Positions 55,693-64,000 are shown, numbered from the stretch's first letter. The stretch: 64,000 bases of DNA from a virus (IMGVR_UViG_3300044840_000020:5929-69928); one strand, 5' to 3'. Numbers and translations are program-made. The notes: generated by a model not told the origin, from the letters alone.

Positions 55693-55935
55693 GTGTCTAC
55701 CATCGTCAATCCCATTGAGATCGAGTTTCATGTTCGTCAGTACGACGAGCGGTGGGATCGGATCGTTTGGGATGCTCGCGTGATCGTTGGGGCTGAGTCG
55801 GTCAACGATGCGTGGCGGGCGTTCTCGGAGGAGTATCCGGTTGCGGAGGGGTTCGAGGTTGTTTCGACTCGGGATCTCGCTCCTGCGGTTCCGTTGGTGA
55901 CGATTTACGGTCGGTCTGTTCCGAGGCCATCGTGA
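55693..55935 (+). CDS. Hypothetical protein
   Basis: GAGGAG RBS. Confidence 0.55.
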   Translation: MSTIVNPIEIEFHVRQYDERWDRIVWDARVIVGAESVNDAWRAFSEEYPVAEGFEVVSTRDLAPAVPLVTIYGRSVPRPS

Positions 55936-56222
55936 TGACCGCCTTGACCGAAGGAAAGCGCTACCACGACGAGATGATGGCGCGGGCTGGGATCTCTCTC
56001 GCGAAGTCAGCTAGGGCGGATCGTAGAAACGAACCGGTAGAAGCGGCGTGGTGGTTGAAGGCTGCCGATGTCGCTACGGCCGTGGCTCGGGCTTGCTTGG
56101 CGGCTGATACCGTAGAGGCGGGTTGGGCCTGTCGAGTATGTGGTCGGATAGATGGGGCGATGATCCCGGACGCGAGTGGCCAGTTGTTTCGTCATCCGAC
56201 TTGCCTTCTTGACCGCCGCTGA
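55935..56222 (+). CDS. Hypothetical protein with C-terminal CxxC
   Basis: TGATG coupling. Confidence 0.5.
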   Translation: MTALTEGKRYHDEMMARAGISLAKSARADRRNEPVEAAWWLKAADVATAVARACLAADTVEAGWACRVCGRIDGAMIPDASGQLFRHPTCLLDRR

Positions 56223-56430
56223 GGACGTGACGGCTCACATCCTTGTTCTCGTCGCTACTTGCGTCGAGGATTGGTTCCCCCCGTCCCGTCCGATGCCGTT
56301 GGAGGACTTCATCGACTGTCTCTGCGTGCGGTACGGGAACGCGGAGGGCTGGGATATCGAGTCGCTTGACTCGCTGGCTGTTCGTAGGATCGTTAGGCAC
56401 GCTCGTTACGTTCGTCGCGAGATCGCCTGA
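56209..56430 (+). CDS. Hypothetical protein
   Basis: TTG start inside ORF 56176..56430. Confidence 0.45.
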   Translation: MTAAEDVTAHILVLVATCVEDWFPPSRPMPLEDFIDCLCVRYGNAEGWDIESLDSLAVRRIVRHARYVRREIA

Positions 56431-56450
56431 GAACTTTGTCCGTAGGATCC

Positions 56451-56473
56451 GTTATAGTCCGTTTTACCCGAAC
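56451..56473 (+). promoter_or_regulatory. Conserved motif, copy 8
   Basis: GTTATAGTCCGTTTTACCCGAAC upstream of GAGGAGG and GTG 56496. Confidence 0.75.
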
Positions 56474-56495
56474 GTATCCCTGAGGAGGAATCGTA

Positions 56496-56684
56496 GTGGC
56501 TACCCAGAACCCCGATTCGATTCGCGCGTTGAGGCGCGGAGCGGTCGCGTATCGTCGTCGTGAGCGCGCTAGTGCGGTCGCTCGTGTTCGCGCGTTCCAG
56601 CGTTGGTTGAGGGCGGGTAGTCCGCTCTCGCGGATCCCGGAGGTTCCGTCTGATAACGACTATCGTTTGGCGCGAGGTCGCTAG
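56496..56684 (+). CDS. Hypothetical basic protein
   Basis: Strong RBS after motif. Confidence 0.6.
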   Translation: MATQNPDSIRALRRGAVAYRRRERASAVARVRAFQRWLRAGSPLSRIPEVPSDNDYRLARGR

Positions 56685-56912
56685 ATGGCTCCGCACACGA
56701 ATTTCTTGAGGCAGTATTTGGCGGGAGAGTTTGATGATCCGCCGCCTGTTCGGCTTGCGCATTGCGCGAGTTGTGGGGATGAGCGCGAGTCGGACGTGGG
56801 CCTCGTTGGGTTTGAGGCGTTGCTGGGCGAGGATGAGGATATCTTCCTCTGCGTCGCTTGTGCCCAGTTTCCGGATCCCGATGAGCGGCGGGACGCGAGG
56901 CTAGACCGATGA
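56685..56912 (+). CDS. Small zinc-finger protein
   Basis: CASC...CVAC. Confidence 0.55.
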   Translation: MAPHTNFLRQYLAGEFDDPPPVRLAHCASCGDERESDVGLVGFEALLGEDEDIFLCVACAQFPDPDERRDARLDR

Positions 56913-57394
56913 GCGATCCCTGGATGGGGATGGCGTCCGACGCTGGTGCCTGTGGCGACGAGCAGCGTCAGATGGCCGGTCAGATCGAGTCGGAGGAACG
57001 CGAGCGGGATGAGGAACGACAGGCGGAGAAACGTCGCCTTATGGGCGCTGGATCCCACTGTATACGCTGCGGGGTTGAGTACGAGTCACCGAGTCGCCCG
57101 GCGTGTGAGTGTGCGGGTGATCCGCCTGTCGACAAGGACGGTCCTGACCACGAAGCGTATCTGACGCGGGTGCGTCGGTTGAGGTGGGGACCGATGGTCG
57201 AGGAGAGCGAACTACGTCAGATCGTTCGCGCCTCGGTTGAGGGTGTTCGTCCGACGATGCGGCGGGTGATCGGCGATGCGACGCCCGCTCAGTACGATGC
57301 GGCGGATGAGATCGCGAAGGCTGTTGCGGCGTCGGTTAGGTCTGCGGTCGCGAGGACTTTGGGGCGTGTGGGTCGGGATGAGGTCAGCCGATGA
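56909..57394 (+). CDS. Hypothetical protein
   Basis: ATGA coupling; CIRCG motif. Confidence 0.55.
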   Translation: MSDPWMGMASDAGACGDEQRQMAGQIESEERERDEERQAEKRRLMGAGSHCIRCGVEYESPSRPACECAGDPPVDKDGPDHEAYLTRVRRLRWGPMVEESELRQIVRASVEGVRPTMRRVIGDATPAQYDAADEIAKAVAASVRSAVARTLGRVGRDEVSR

Positions 57395-57441
57395 CCGCGT
57401 TGACGAATTTTGGGGCGCAAGCCCGGTCGTTCAGGGCCGGG

Positions 57442-57858
57442 TTAGCCCGCCGTTCGCTGGCGTTCGACATACTGCTTGATCACGCTGAGTGGAGCGCCAC
57501 CGCACGACGCTGCGAAATACGACGGCGACCACAGGTGCTGGCCCTTCCACACCTTGCGTTTCAGGTCGGGGAAGTCGCGCCGGAGCAGTCGGGACGACAC
57601 GCCCTTGAGGCTGTTGATCAGGGTGGACAGCGCGACCTTCGGCGGGTACTCGATCAGCAGATGTACGTGGTCGTCCTCGCCGTTGCACTCAACCAAGATC
57701 GCGTCGAAGTCGGCGCAGACCTGCCGGAACGTTCGCGCGAGGTGCTCGATGTGCTCGATGTTGAACACGCCTCGCCTGTACTTCGTCACGAATACCAAGT
57801 GGACGTGCAGCGCCGTAACGGTGGTCCGGCCGTGTCGGTAATCCTGTTCGTTGAACAT
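57442..57858 (-). CDS. tnpA: Y1 HUH transposase
   Basis: LHVHLVFVTKYRR, DHVHLL (HUH), SLKGVSSR, LWSPSYF, IKQYVERQ (catalytic Tyr). Confidence 0.95.
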   Translation of the reverse strand: MFNEQDYRHGRTTVTALHVHLVFVTKYRRGVFNIEHIEHLARTFRQVCADFDAILVECNGEDDHVHLLIEYPPKVALSTLINSLKGVSSRLLRRDFPDLKRKVWKGQHLWSPSYFAASCGGAPLSVIKQYVERQRTAG

Positions 57859-57894
57859 GCTAGACAGCATAGACCAAGTGGTAGACTGAATGGC

Positions 57895-59082
57895 ATGTCC
57901 TGCCGATATCGCCTGTATCCAACCTCCGTCCAGTCCGAAGGACTCAGCGGACACTGTGCGGACGCTCGGTACGTGTGGAACCTCGCGCTGGAGCAGGCGA
58001 ACCACTGGCGACGGAGTGGCGGCCCCACGCCGAACGCGGCACAGTGCCAACGGCAACTCGCCGAGGCGCGCGGATGCTCGTGGCTTGGCGACGGTTCGTC
58101 GTCGGTGCAGCAGCAGGCGCTACGCGACTTCGACCAGGCGTTACGTAACTGGTGGGGCGGAAGCCATCGCAGGCCACGTTGGCGTAGGCGCGGCATCAGC
58201 GAGGGTTTCGTCGTCCGCGACGTCAAGGTCCGCGCGCTGAGCAGCAAGTGGGCGACGCTCAACGTCCCGAAGCTCGGCGCTGTCCGCTTCAGGGTGTCGA
58301 GGCCGATGCCCGATGAGCACGGAATGGCTAGGGTCACCCTGGACCGCGCGGGTCGCTGGCACGTGTCGTTCTCGGCGCCGCAGCTACCCGTTGAGCGAGA
58401 GGATACGGGCGCTTCGGTCGGGGTCGATCTTGGGGTGGCCGTCACGGTCGCGACTAGCGACGGCGAGCAACTTCATGCCCCAGGATTAAGAGTGAGCGAG
58501 CAGCGAAGACTCAGACTGCTGCAACGCAGAATGGCTCAGCAACGGAAGGGCAGCAATAGGCGTGCGAGAACCAAGCACGCGATAGCTGTTCTGCGCGCCC
58601 GAGAGACGGATCGTCGCAAGGACTGGACGGAGAAGTTGAGCACCCGACTGGTTCGCGAGTACGACCTGATCGTATTCGAGGATCTGAAGATCAAGTCGAT
58701 GATGCGATCGGCGTCCGGGACTGTTGAGAGCCTCGGCCGGAACGTTGCTCAGAAGCGCGGGTTGAATCGCAGTATTGCAGCGCAGGGCTGGTCACGACTC
58801 GTGCTGCGGACAGAGCAGAAGGCTGCTGCGTCGGGCGTTGAGTTCGTCAAGGTTCCGGCCGTATACACGAGCCAGACGTGCTCGGAGTGTGGTGTCGTGG
58901 ACGCCCGTTCGCGCAGGGCTCAGGCGAGGTTCGTCTGTGTCACGTGCGGTCACACCGCGAACGCTGACGTGAACGCAGCACGAGTCGTATATGCCCGAGG
59001 GTTTCGGGTGTCTGCGCGCGGAGGGTCGCCCGAAGTAGGGGCGCCCGTTGAAACGCGAACCGTCTTGGATGTGGCGGCATGA
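57895..59082 (+). CDS. tnpB: RNA-guided endonuclease TnpB
   Basis: YRLYPT HTH, GVDLGV (RuvC I), VFEDL (RuvC II), TSQTCSECG...CVTCG finger, NADVNAA (RuvC III); all catalytic residues present. Confidence 0.95.
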   Translation: MSCRYRLYPTSVQSEGLSGHCADARYVWNLALEQANHWRRSGGPTPNAAQCQRQLAEARGCSWLGDGSSSVQQQALRDFDQALRNWWGGSHRRPRWRRRGISEGFVVRDVKVRALSSKWATLNVPKLGAVRFRVSRPMPDEHGMARVTLDRAGRWHVSFSAPQLPVEREDTGASVGVDLGVAVTVATSDGEQLHAPGLRVSEQRRLRLLQRRMAQQRKGSNRRARTKHAIAVLRARETDRRKDWTEKLSTRLVREYDLIVFEDLKIKSMMRSASGTVESLGRNVAQKRGLNRSIAAQGWSRLVLRTEQKAAASGVEFVKVPAVYTSQTCSECGVVDARSRRAQARFVCVTCGHTANADVNAARVVYARGFRVSARGGSPEVGAPVETRTVLDVAA

Positions 59083-59153
59083 GCCGCCCCGAAAAGAGAA
59101 TCTCCGGTCCTTCAGGGACCGGGAGGATGTCAATCGACGACGATCCGGTGACG
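58960..59153 (+). ncRNA. Predicted TnpB reRNA/omegaRNA (right-end scaffold + flanking guide)
   Basis: Expected from TnpB biology: overlaps tnpB 3' end and right-end hairpin; guide would start at 59134 (TCGACGACGATCCGGTGACG). 5' end is approximate. Confidence 0.6.
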
Positions 59154-59333
59154 CCCCGCTACCTTGAGGCGGCTCGTACGGTTGTTGATCGCTGTGGGGT
59201 TCCGAGAACGTCAGAGGAAGCCCGCGCTGTTGTTGAGGCGATGGTTTTGGAGACGCGTCGTCGCGGGATTTGGTCGCCGGAGGGTGAGGCTGGTTTGAGG
59301 TCTTTGCTGCGGGTCGGGGAGCGGTCGGCGTGA
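59127..59333 (+). CDS. Hypothetical protein, probably the remainder of the gene hit by the IS
   Basis: ATG supplied by IS right end; body IDDDPVTPRYLEAART... lies in phage flank. Confidence 0.45.
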   Translation: MSIDDDPVTPRYLEAARTVVDRCGVPRTSEEARAVVEAMVLETRRRGIWSPEGEAGLRSLLRVGERSA

Positions 59334-59602
59334 GTATCGCTATGCGCCCCGATTGGTGCGTGCATCCTGGCGAGATATTGCAGGAGGTCTTGGATGAGAT
59401 CAAGATGTCGCAGTCCTACCTTGCGTTCGCTACTGGATACTCTCAGAAGCACATCAATCAGATCGTGAAGGGTCATGTAGCGATCACGGCGACGGTAGCT
59501 GTTCGTCTGGAGCGCGAACTGGGGGAACCGAGCGCGGAGTTTTGGATGGGGTTACAGACGAACTACGATCTTCATGTTGCTCGCGAGAAGGAGGCGTCGT
59601 GA
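59330..59602 (+). CDS. HigA/VapI-like HTH protein (no toxin partner seen)
   Basis: VHPGEILQE.L...MSQ..LA...G.S.KHIN.I.KG...IT...A.RL.....EFW..LQ..YDL. Confidence 0.85.
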   Translation: MSIAMRPDWCVHPGEILQEVLDEIKMSQSYLAFATGYSQKHINQIVKGHVAITATVAVRLERELGEPSAEFWMGLQTNYDLHVAREKEAS

Positions 59603-59808
59603 TCGTTCTACTGGTTCTTCTCGCGGTCGCTGTCCCGATCGTCGGTATCGCGCTTTGGCTTGATCTTCGCGATTGGCGGAGCGAGGACTTGATGGGAGGG
59701 CTTGATTATCATTGGGACGAGGTTCCCGAACCTACTCGCGGGACGTTCGCGGATCGTCTTGACTTACAAGATGATCTCGCGGAGATCGGCTGGGAGTGGC
59801 CGCGATGA
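59599..59808 (+). CDS. Small membrane-anchored protein
   Basis: N-terminal TM; GGAGG RBS. Confidence 0.5.
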   Translation: MIVLLVLLAVAVPIVGIALWLDLRDWRSEDLMGGLDYHWDEVPEPTRGTFADRLDLQDDLAEIGWEWPR

Positions 59809-60362
59809 TGGATATCGTCTTCGCGGGCGTTTTAGTCGTTTGCGTTGCGCTACAGGTTGTGATCGAGGGACGTAAGTGGGCGTGGGGAGCAACTGCCTTT
59901 CTCGCTGCGTACTCGGCGTTGAGCGGGTTCGGGGTTTCGTTTCTGTTCGCGTGGCTGGTCGGGATGTTCTGCTGGGCTGGCGTGATCCTGCTCCCGTTCT
60001 GGCGAGGAGACGCGCCAGTCCCGTTTATGGTCCTGTCGTGTCGGGCGTTTGTTTTGCCGTGGAGGGCTCGTCGTCTCTGGACCACGCACGTTCCCGTGAT
60101 GGGCGGTCTTACACCGGTCGCGTTTCGGGTCGTCCTTGACAGCCGGTTCGCGGCGATGATCAGGACGGGTCCGTTGCCGTTAGCGGTTCGGATGGAGGGC
60201 TGGGACGACGCGGTGATCCTCGGGTTTGAGGACGGGCTGCGGCAGACGGTCGTTCTGGGTGTCTGTAACGGCTCTGGGCGGCCTCCGCGGCGTAGGGTGA
60301 GGCGTTCCTTTAGGTTCGAGCGGCCAGTTCTTAGAGGGGCGGAGGTGACGTCTCGTGCGTAA
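59805..60362 (+). CDS. Membrane protein
   Basis: Two to three N-terminal TM segments. Confidence 0.5.
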   Translation: MMDIVFAGVLVVCVALQVVIEGRKWAWGATAFLAAYSALSGFGVSFLFAWLVGMFCWAGVILLPFWRGDAPVPFMVLSCRAFVLPWRARRLWTTHVPVMGGLTPVAFRVVLDSRFAAMIRTGPLPLAVRMEGWDDAVILGFEDGLRQTVVLGVCNGSGRPPRRRVRRSFRFERPVLRGAEVTSRA

Positions 60363-60437
60363 GCGTTGGCGTTGGCCTCTTCTGGAGAAGATGATCCCAC
60401 GTCGTGTGAGTGAACCGATACTGACGGACCTACGCTC

Positions 60438-60740
60438 GTGAGGCCGGTTCGTCATGCGGGGTCGAACGTTGTGTATCGCGGTCCCGCGCCTGGTATTGGA
60501 GATCTCTGGTGTACCCGGGTTCGAGTTGGGGAGATCCGCGTCGTTTACGAGCTTGATGATCGGGAGCGCGATCTAATCGCCCAAGGGGGGCGCGTCGAGT
60601 TGGCGATGCTCTCGGAGCCGATTCCGCCGATCTCGATGGCAGTGTTGCCGGAGGCGATGTGTCAGCCGGTTGGGGAGCACGGGTGGCGTGATCAGTCGAT
60701 CGATGATGTTCCTGATCGTCTCCCCGAGGATTTCTCGTGA
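60438..60740 (+). CDS. Hypothetical protein
   Basis: GDLWC..V......S.YEL...ER..IA.GG.V.L....P.PP pattern. Confidence 0.55.
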   Translation: MRPVRHAGSNVVYRGPAPGIGDLWCTRVRVGEIRVVYELDDRERDLIAQGGRVELAMLSEPIPPISMAVLPEAMCQPVGEHGWRDQSIDDVPDRLPEDFS

Positions 60741-61066
60741 GGCCCGAGGAGCGGTTACTGCGTGCGGTTCTCGGACGGGATCTGACCGTTCATCTGAGTG
60801 AGGGGTTTGAGATCCGGTTGAGGGCGAACATTGATCGGTACAACCGGGAGATCGCGAGGTCGCCTCACTTCACGGCGGCTGATCGCTTGGACGCGTCCGA
60901 CGACGCGCATTTGGCGATCGTGTTCGCGGCTTGTGCGGATCGCGGTATGCATGACGCGGAGGAGGACGACGGCTTGTACGGAACGGATTGGGGCGAACTA
61001 ATGACTTTGGAGCAGCGACGCGAGATCGATCGACGTCGAGTTACTAAACCCGAGGGAGCTGAATAG
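60737..61066 (+). CDS. Hypothetical protein
   Basis: GTGA coupling. Confidence 0.5.
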   Translation: MRPEERLLRAVLGRDLTVHLSEGFEIRLRANIDRYNREIARSPHFTAADRLDASDDAHLAIVFAACADRGMHDAEEDDGLYGTDWGELMTLEQRREIDRRRVTKPEGAE

Positions 61067-61067
61067 G

Positions 61068-61736
61068 TTGACGAGACGGGACTACCGGAACGAGTACGAC
61101 GCACTTGATGACCAGTGGGAGAAGCGACGCCTTCGCGCGTATCAGGGATTCACGGTCAAACCGTGGTTGTGGGGGACGTTCGGTACGGTCGCGGGGATCG
61201 TCGTCGCGTGTGCGGCGATCTTCCTTCTGTGTTATGGGATCTTCGAGTTGAACTGGTTCTTCGGGTCGCGTTCTTACTCGCGTCAGGATCGGGCGATCAC
61301 TCATAGTTTCGGGAATCAGCAGAGTTATCGTGATCAGATCAACAGCGACGTGACGGTTGTGTTCTCGCTGTCGGGGCAGATCGCTTCCGATCCCGCGGCG
61401 GCGGTCACGCTTCGGGTTCAGCGCGCGAACGTGGTCGTTACGATCTGTGGGTTAGCGACTGGGATTGACGGCGGGTTACTACCGGATTGCCGACGCATTG
61501 GAGTCGATCGCCAATGCCCGATGCGGCTCGTTCCGACCCGCCGCGGGGTGGGCGCGTGGTTCCCGTCGTGGAAGGTGACGGGCTGGGCGGCCGCACAGGC
61601 GTCGGCGACCGAGTTCCTCGCGGCCGAGAAGATACCGGTCCTGATCTGCGAGACCGACGAGCACGGTCACTCGCGCCGGCACCTGAAGATCATCGGCGGT
61701 GCCAGACGCCCGACCCGGGGTCGCCATGCCGCCTGA
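61068..61736 (+). CDS. Membrane protein, probably chimeric after ~61490
   Basis: Single TM; composition and sequence character change near 61490. Confidence 0.5.
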   Translation: MTRRDYRNEYDALDDQWEKRRLRAYQGFTVKPWLWGTFGTVAGIVVACAAIFLLCYGIFELNWFFGSRSYSRQDRAITHSFGNQQSYRDQINSDVTVVFSLSGQIASDPAAAVTLRVQRANVVVTICGLATGIDGGLLPDCRRIGVDRQCPMRLVPTRRGVGAWFPSWKVTGWAAAQASATEFLAAEKIPVLICETDEHGHSRRHLKIIGGARRPTRGRHAA

Positions 61737-61914
61737 GTCGATACCCGATCCGTCCCAGCGGCACGATCCGCCCCGCGATCTACGGAGTTCGCTCGTGCGC
61801 CTCGGAAGGGCGATGGGGGTACAGCGATACGCAGGGCAGCACCGGACAGAGGCGGCACATGAATTCGCTGACGCGGCCTTGGCCGTGCTCGACGCCCTCG
61901 AAGAGGAGGCATGA
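61726..61914 (+). CDS. Hypothetical protein
   Basis: ATG overlapping previous gene. Confidence 0.4.
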   Translation: MPPESIPDPSQRHDPPRDLRSSLVRLGRAMGVQRYAGQHRTEAAHEFADAALAVLDALEEEA

Positions 61915-62259
61915 TTGACCGAGGACAAGCCAAGCGAATTTCGGGCGAGATGGGATTCCCGCGCCGAACTCCTACTGGATGGGCTGAGAATCACGGAACC
62001 GAGCCCGAGGTCGCGATCCTACGTGGTCGACGAGGAACAGAGGTGATGAGAGATGAGAATGACTGACCAGGAGCGGGACGGACATACGCACGATGTCTCG
62101 CCGCGCTACCCGTGCGAGGTCATGACGATCGCGACCGTGATCCACAATGACCTGAACCGTCGCAGCAGCAGTTCATCAAGGCGAATTGCGATGCGGGGAC
62201 GATAAGTCCCGCGTCGTCCTACTACGTGCGTCCGTAGGGACGCGGGGGAGATCATTCAG

Positions 62260-62907
62260 ATGAGACGAATCATAGTTGTGGGAGCGGTGATGTTAGCCGC
62301 GCTGGTCGTTACCGCGTGCGGTGGGAAGGTCAGTAATCAGGGGAATCTGATTGAGGATCAGAACCAGAACATTGACGCGTACAACATGAACAAGAACCAG
62401 CCGGTTCCGATCTTCGATTACTCCCAGGCTCGTCAGAACTTGAAGGAGATCGAGGTCGCGGAGGCTCGCGGTATCCAGACGATGTCGTACTTCTTCAATC
62501 TGGGGGTTCAGAACCCGATTATGGAGTGTCCGAGTATCGGTGGGCCGATCCCGGCGGATGCGGCGTTGACGCATAATTTGCAGACGCAGAGGGATAACGC
62601 GAACCCGGTCAACAATGGGGGCGGGAACACGGTGATTGATCAGATGGATCCTGATGGGTTTTATCACGGGCCGACGACGGGTACGTGGACGGTGTGTGTG
62701 ACTGCGTCGGGCGGGTCGTACGCGTTTTATTGGGAGGGGTTCGTCGGGACGGGTTTCATCGCTTCGCATTGGGATTCGTCGCAGCACATGATTGTGAATG
62801 ATGGGCAGCCGAGTTTTGGTTTCTCGAAGTCGGCGGCTGGGGCGCATGTCACGGTCACTCATCACGTTCCGCCGGGGATCAGTACGGGTACGGGTACGGG
62901 TGGTTGA
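62260..62907 (+). CDS. Lipoprotein
   Basis: Lipobox VVTAC after hydrophobic signal; NQPVPIFDYS..RQ, CPSIG..IP, QMDPDG.Y, GTW..C. Confidence 0.7.
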   Translation: MRRIIVVGAVMLAALVVTACGGKVSNQGNLIEDQNQNIDAYNMNKNQPVPIFDYSQARQNLKEIEVAEARGIQTMSYFFNLGVQNPIMECPSIGGPIPADAALTHNLQTQRDNANPVNNGGGNTVIDQMDPDGFYHGPTTGTWTVCVTASGGSYAFYWEGFVGTGFIASHWDSSQHMIVNDGQPSFGFSKSAAGAHVTVTHHVPPGISTGTGTGG

Positions 62908-62910
62908 GCG

Positions 62911-63387
62911 ATGAGCGTGGACGTGGAGAGTTACGCGGGTCAGGTTGCTCGTCTGGACGTGAGTTACATTCGGGTAGCGGGAGAGGCGATCCGTTCCCGT
63001 TTGTTTCCCGCGCCGCGGGAGGATGGTCAGGTTCCGGTTGCGTTGCCGGTTGGGTTGTCGTTTCAACCTGATAATGGGACGGCATACTCGCTGTGTTTCA
63101 TTCCGGTGGAGGGGATTCAGCAGGCGTCTGCGGAGGTGAACGAGCCGAACGGCGCGTGGAGCGTGCCGGCGGGGTGCTATCGGTCGGACGGGAGTGTGAT
63201 CCCGGGGTCGGTTCTGGTTGTGAAGGCGAATGGCGCGTATGATTGGGCTTACGTGTTTGACTTGTCGTTCGGAGCCCTTCATTTTTGGGATTACGTTGCG
63301 CAGCACACGGGGTCTAACGTCGCGGACGGGTCGGCGTTGACCGCGTTGTTTCGGGCAATCTCGGGCGTTGAGATCGAGGACCGATGA
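62911..63387 (+). CDS. Hypothetical protein
   Basis: 158 aa, operon spacing. Confidence 0.6.
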   Translation: MSVDVESYAGQVARLDVSYIRVAGEAIRSRLFPAPREDGQVPVALPVGLSFQPDNGTAYSLCFIPVEGIQQASAEVNEPNGAWSVPAGCYRSDGSVIPGSVLVVKANGAYDWAYVFDLSFGALHFWDYVAQHTGSNVADGSALTALFRAISGVEIEDR

Positions 63388-63728
63388 GTACGGGTACGTC
63401 GCTTCAACGTTTAGCGAAGTGGCGGAGCGTGTTCGCGGGTTGGCAGCTCGGGACTCGTTCGGATACGGATCCGGAGTGTATGGCGGTTCGGGATCATCGG
63501 GAGGTCACGATCTTGTTGCGTGCGGAGGTGACTGCGTTGACGGGGTTGTTGATCGAGAAGGGCGTGTTTACGGCGCAGGAGTTTACGGATGCGTTGGGGC
63601 GGGAGGCCGAGTTGTTGTCGGCTGATTACGCGCGCCGGTTTCCTGGTTTGGAGGCTACGGATCACGGGATCGCGTATGACGTAGAGAAGGTCCGTAAGCA
63701 TGGCACGATGGATGGGTGGCTGCCGTGA
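63384..63728 (+). CDS. Hypothetical protein
   Basis: ATGA coupling. Confidence 0.6.
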   Translation: MSTGTSLQRLAKWRSVFAGWQLGTRSDTDPECMAVRDHREVTILLRAEVTALTGLLIEKGVFTAQEFTDALGREAELLSADYARRFPGLEATDHGIAYDVEKVRKHGTMDGWLP

Positions 63729-64000
63729 GGAAGGTCCCGACTTTATTTGTTCGTGACCCGGATGATCGGCGTCATGTTCTGCCCGACGTCTCGCCGGGTT
63801 GTGAGTGGGTTCTCGCGGGTGAGGGGCGTGCGACCCGTAAGTATGATGGGACGTGTGTGATGTTGAATGAGTTCGGTTGGTGGGCTCGTCGGGAGGTGAA
63901 GGCGGGGAAGGTTCCGCCGCCGGGGTTCGCGGTCGTTCAGTTGGATGAGGGGACGGGGAGTCAGGTGGGGTGGGAGCCGATCGAGCGGTCGCCGTTCGCT
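63725..64000 (+). CDS. RNA-ligase-like nucleotidyltransferase (DUF5565-like), 3'-truncated
   Basis: Not in ORF track; VRKVPTLF.RD...V.PGCEWV..GEG.ATRKYDGTC (KxDG motif I), GWEP. Confidence 0.65.
   Translation, partial: MRKVPTLFVRDPDDRRHVLPDVSPGCEWVLAGEGRATRKYDGTCVMLNEFGWWARREVKAGKVPPPGFAVVQLDEGTGSQVGWEPIERSPFA

Larger units (their letters stand above)
57405..59133. mobile_element. IS200/IS605-family insertion sequence (divergent tnpA/tnpB)
   Basis: Left: TGAC|...CAAG-CCCGGTCG-TTCA-GGGCCGGG hairpin; right: GAAT-CTCCGGTCC-TTCA-GGGACCGGGAG-GATGTCAA; C-rich composition unlike flanks. Confidence 0.88.

Noticed and set aside
57391-57894. 563-aa ORF 57391..59082 as an N-terminally extended TnpB
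   Set aside because: The first 168 codons are antisense to tnpA and cross the IS left end; TnpB homology starts at ATG 57895.
1-64000. tRNA, rRNA, CRISPR arrays, DNA polymerase/primase/helicase, attP core
   Set aside because: None recognised by eye; replication genes and att sites may lie outside the window, and a tRNAscan run would be needed to exclude tRNAs.

Overview
The window is a high-GC tailed-phage (or prophage) segment with almost all genes on the + strand and a strong G/T third-codon-position bias. Layout: (i) 1-13.5 kb, non-structural genes: UDP-galactopyranose mutase plus a GREB1/TET-associated-type glycosyltransferase, ParB-like, DUF932, Spo11/TopoVI-A-like, SLOG, a stand-alone ClpC N-domain, an excisionase-type HTH and a rearranged vWA protein. 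(ii) 13.8-46.4 kb, packaging, head and contractile-tail module: HNH, TerS, TerL, portal, protease, two tandem paralogous HK97-type capsid genes, a putative glycosyltransferase, an SGNH appendage, an amber-interrupted tyrosine recombinase, sheath, tube, frameshifting chaperone, short tape measure and baseplate. (iii) A reverse-strand two-gene moron. (iv) An enlarged lysis cassette closed by an intrinsic terminator. (v) RNase HI followed by about 600 nt of densely hairpin-forming non-coding sequence and an RlpA-like gene. (vi) Small genes interrupted by an apparently complete IS200/IS605 element (tnpA + tnpB), an orphan HigA-like HTH, and a truncated RNA-ligase-like gene at the edge. A 22-23 bp motif TTATAGT-N6/7-(A/C)CCCGAAC precedes eight non-structural transcription units. 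The ClpC fragment and recombinase resemble Actinomycetota proteins (from memory, Thermoleophilia-like); the host is inferred, not verified. All family names come from motif recognition by eye; no database search was run. Leading candidates for new biology: furanose-sugar DNA or virion glycosylation, the dual capsid genes, the large structured RNA next to RNase H, and the ClpC N-domain decoy.
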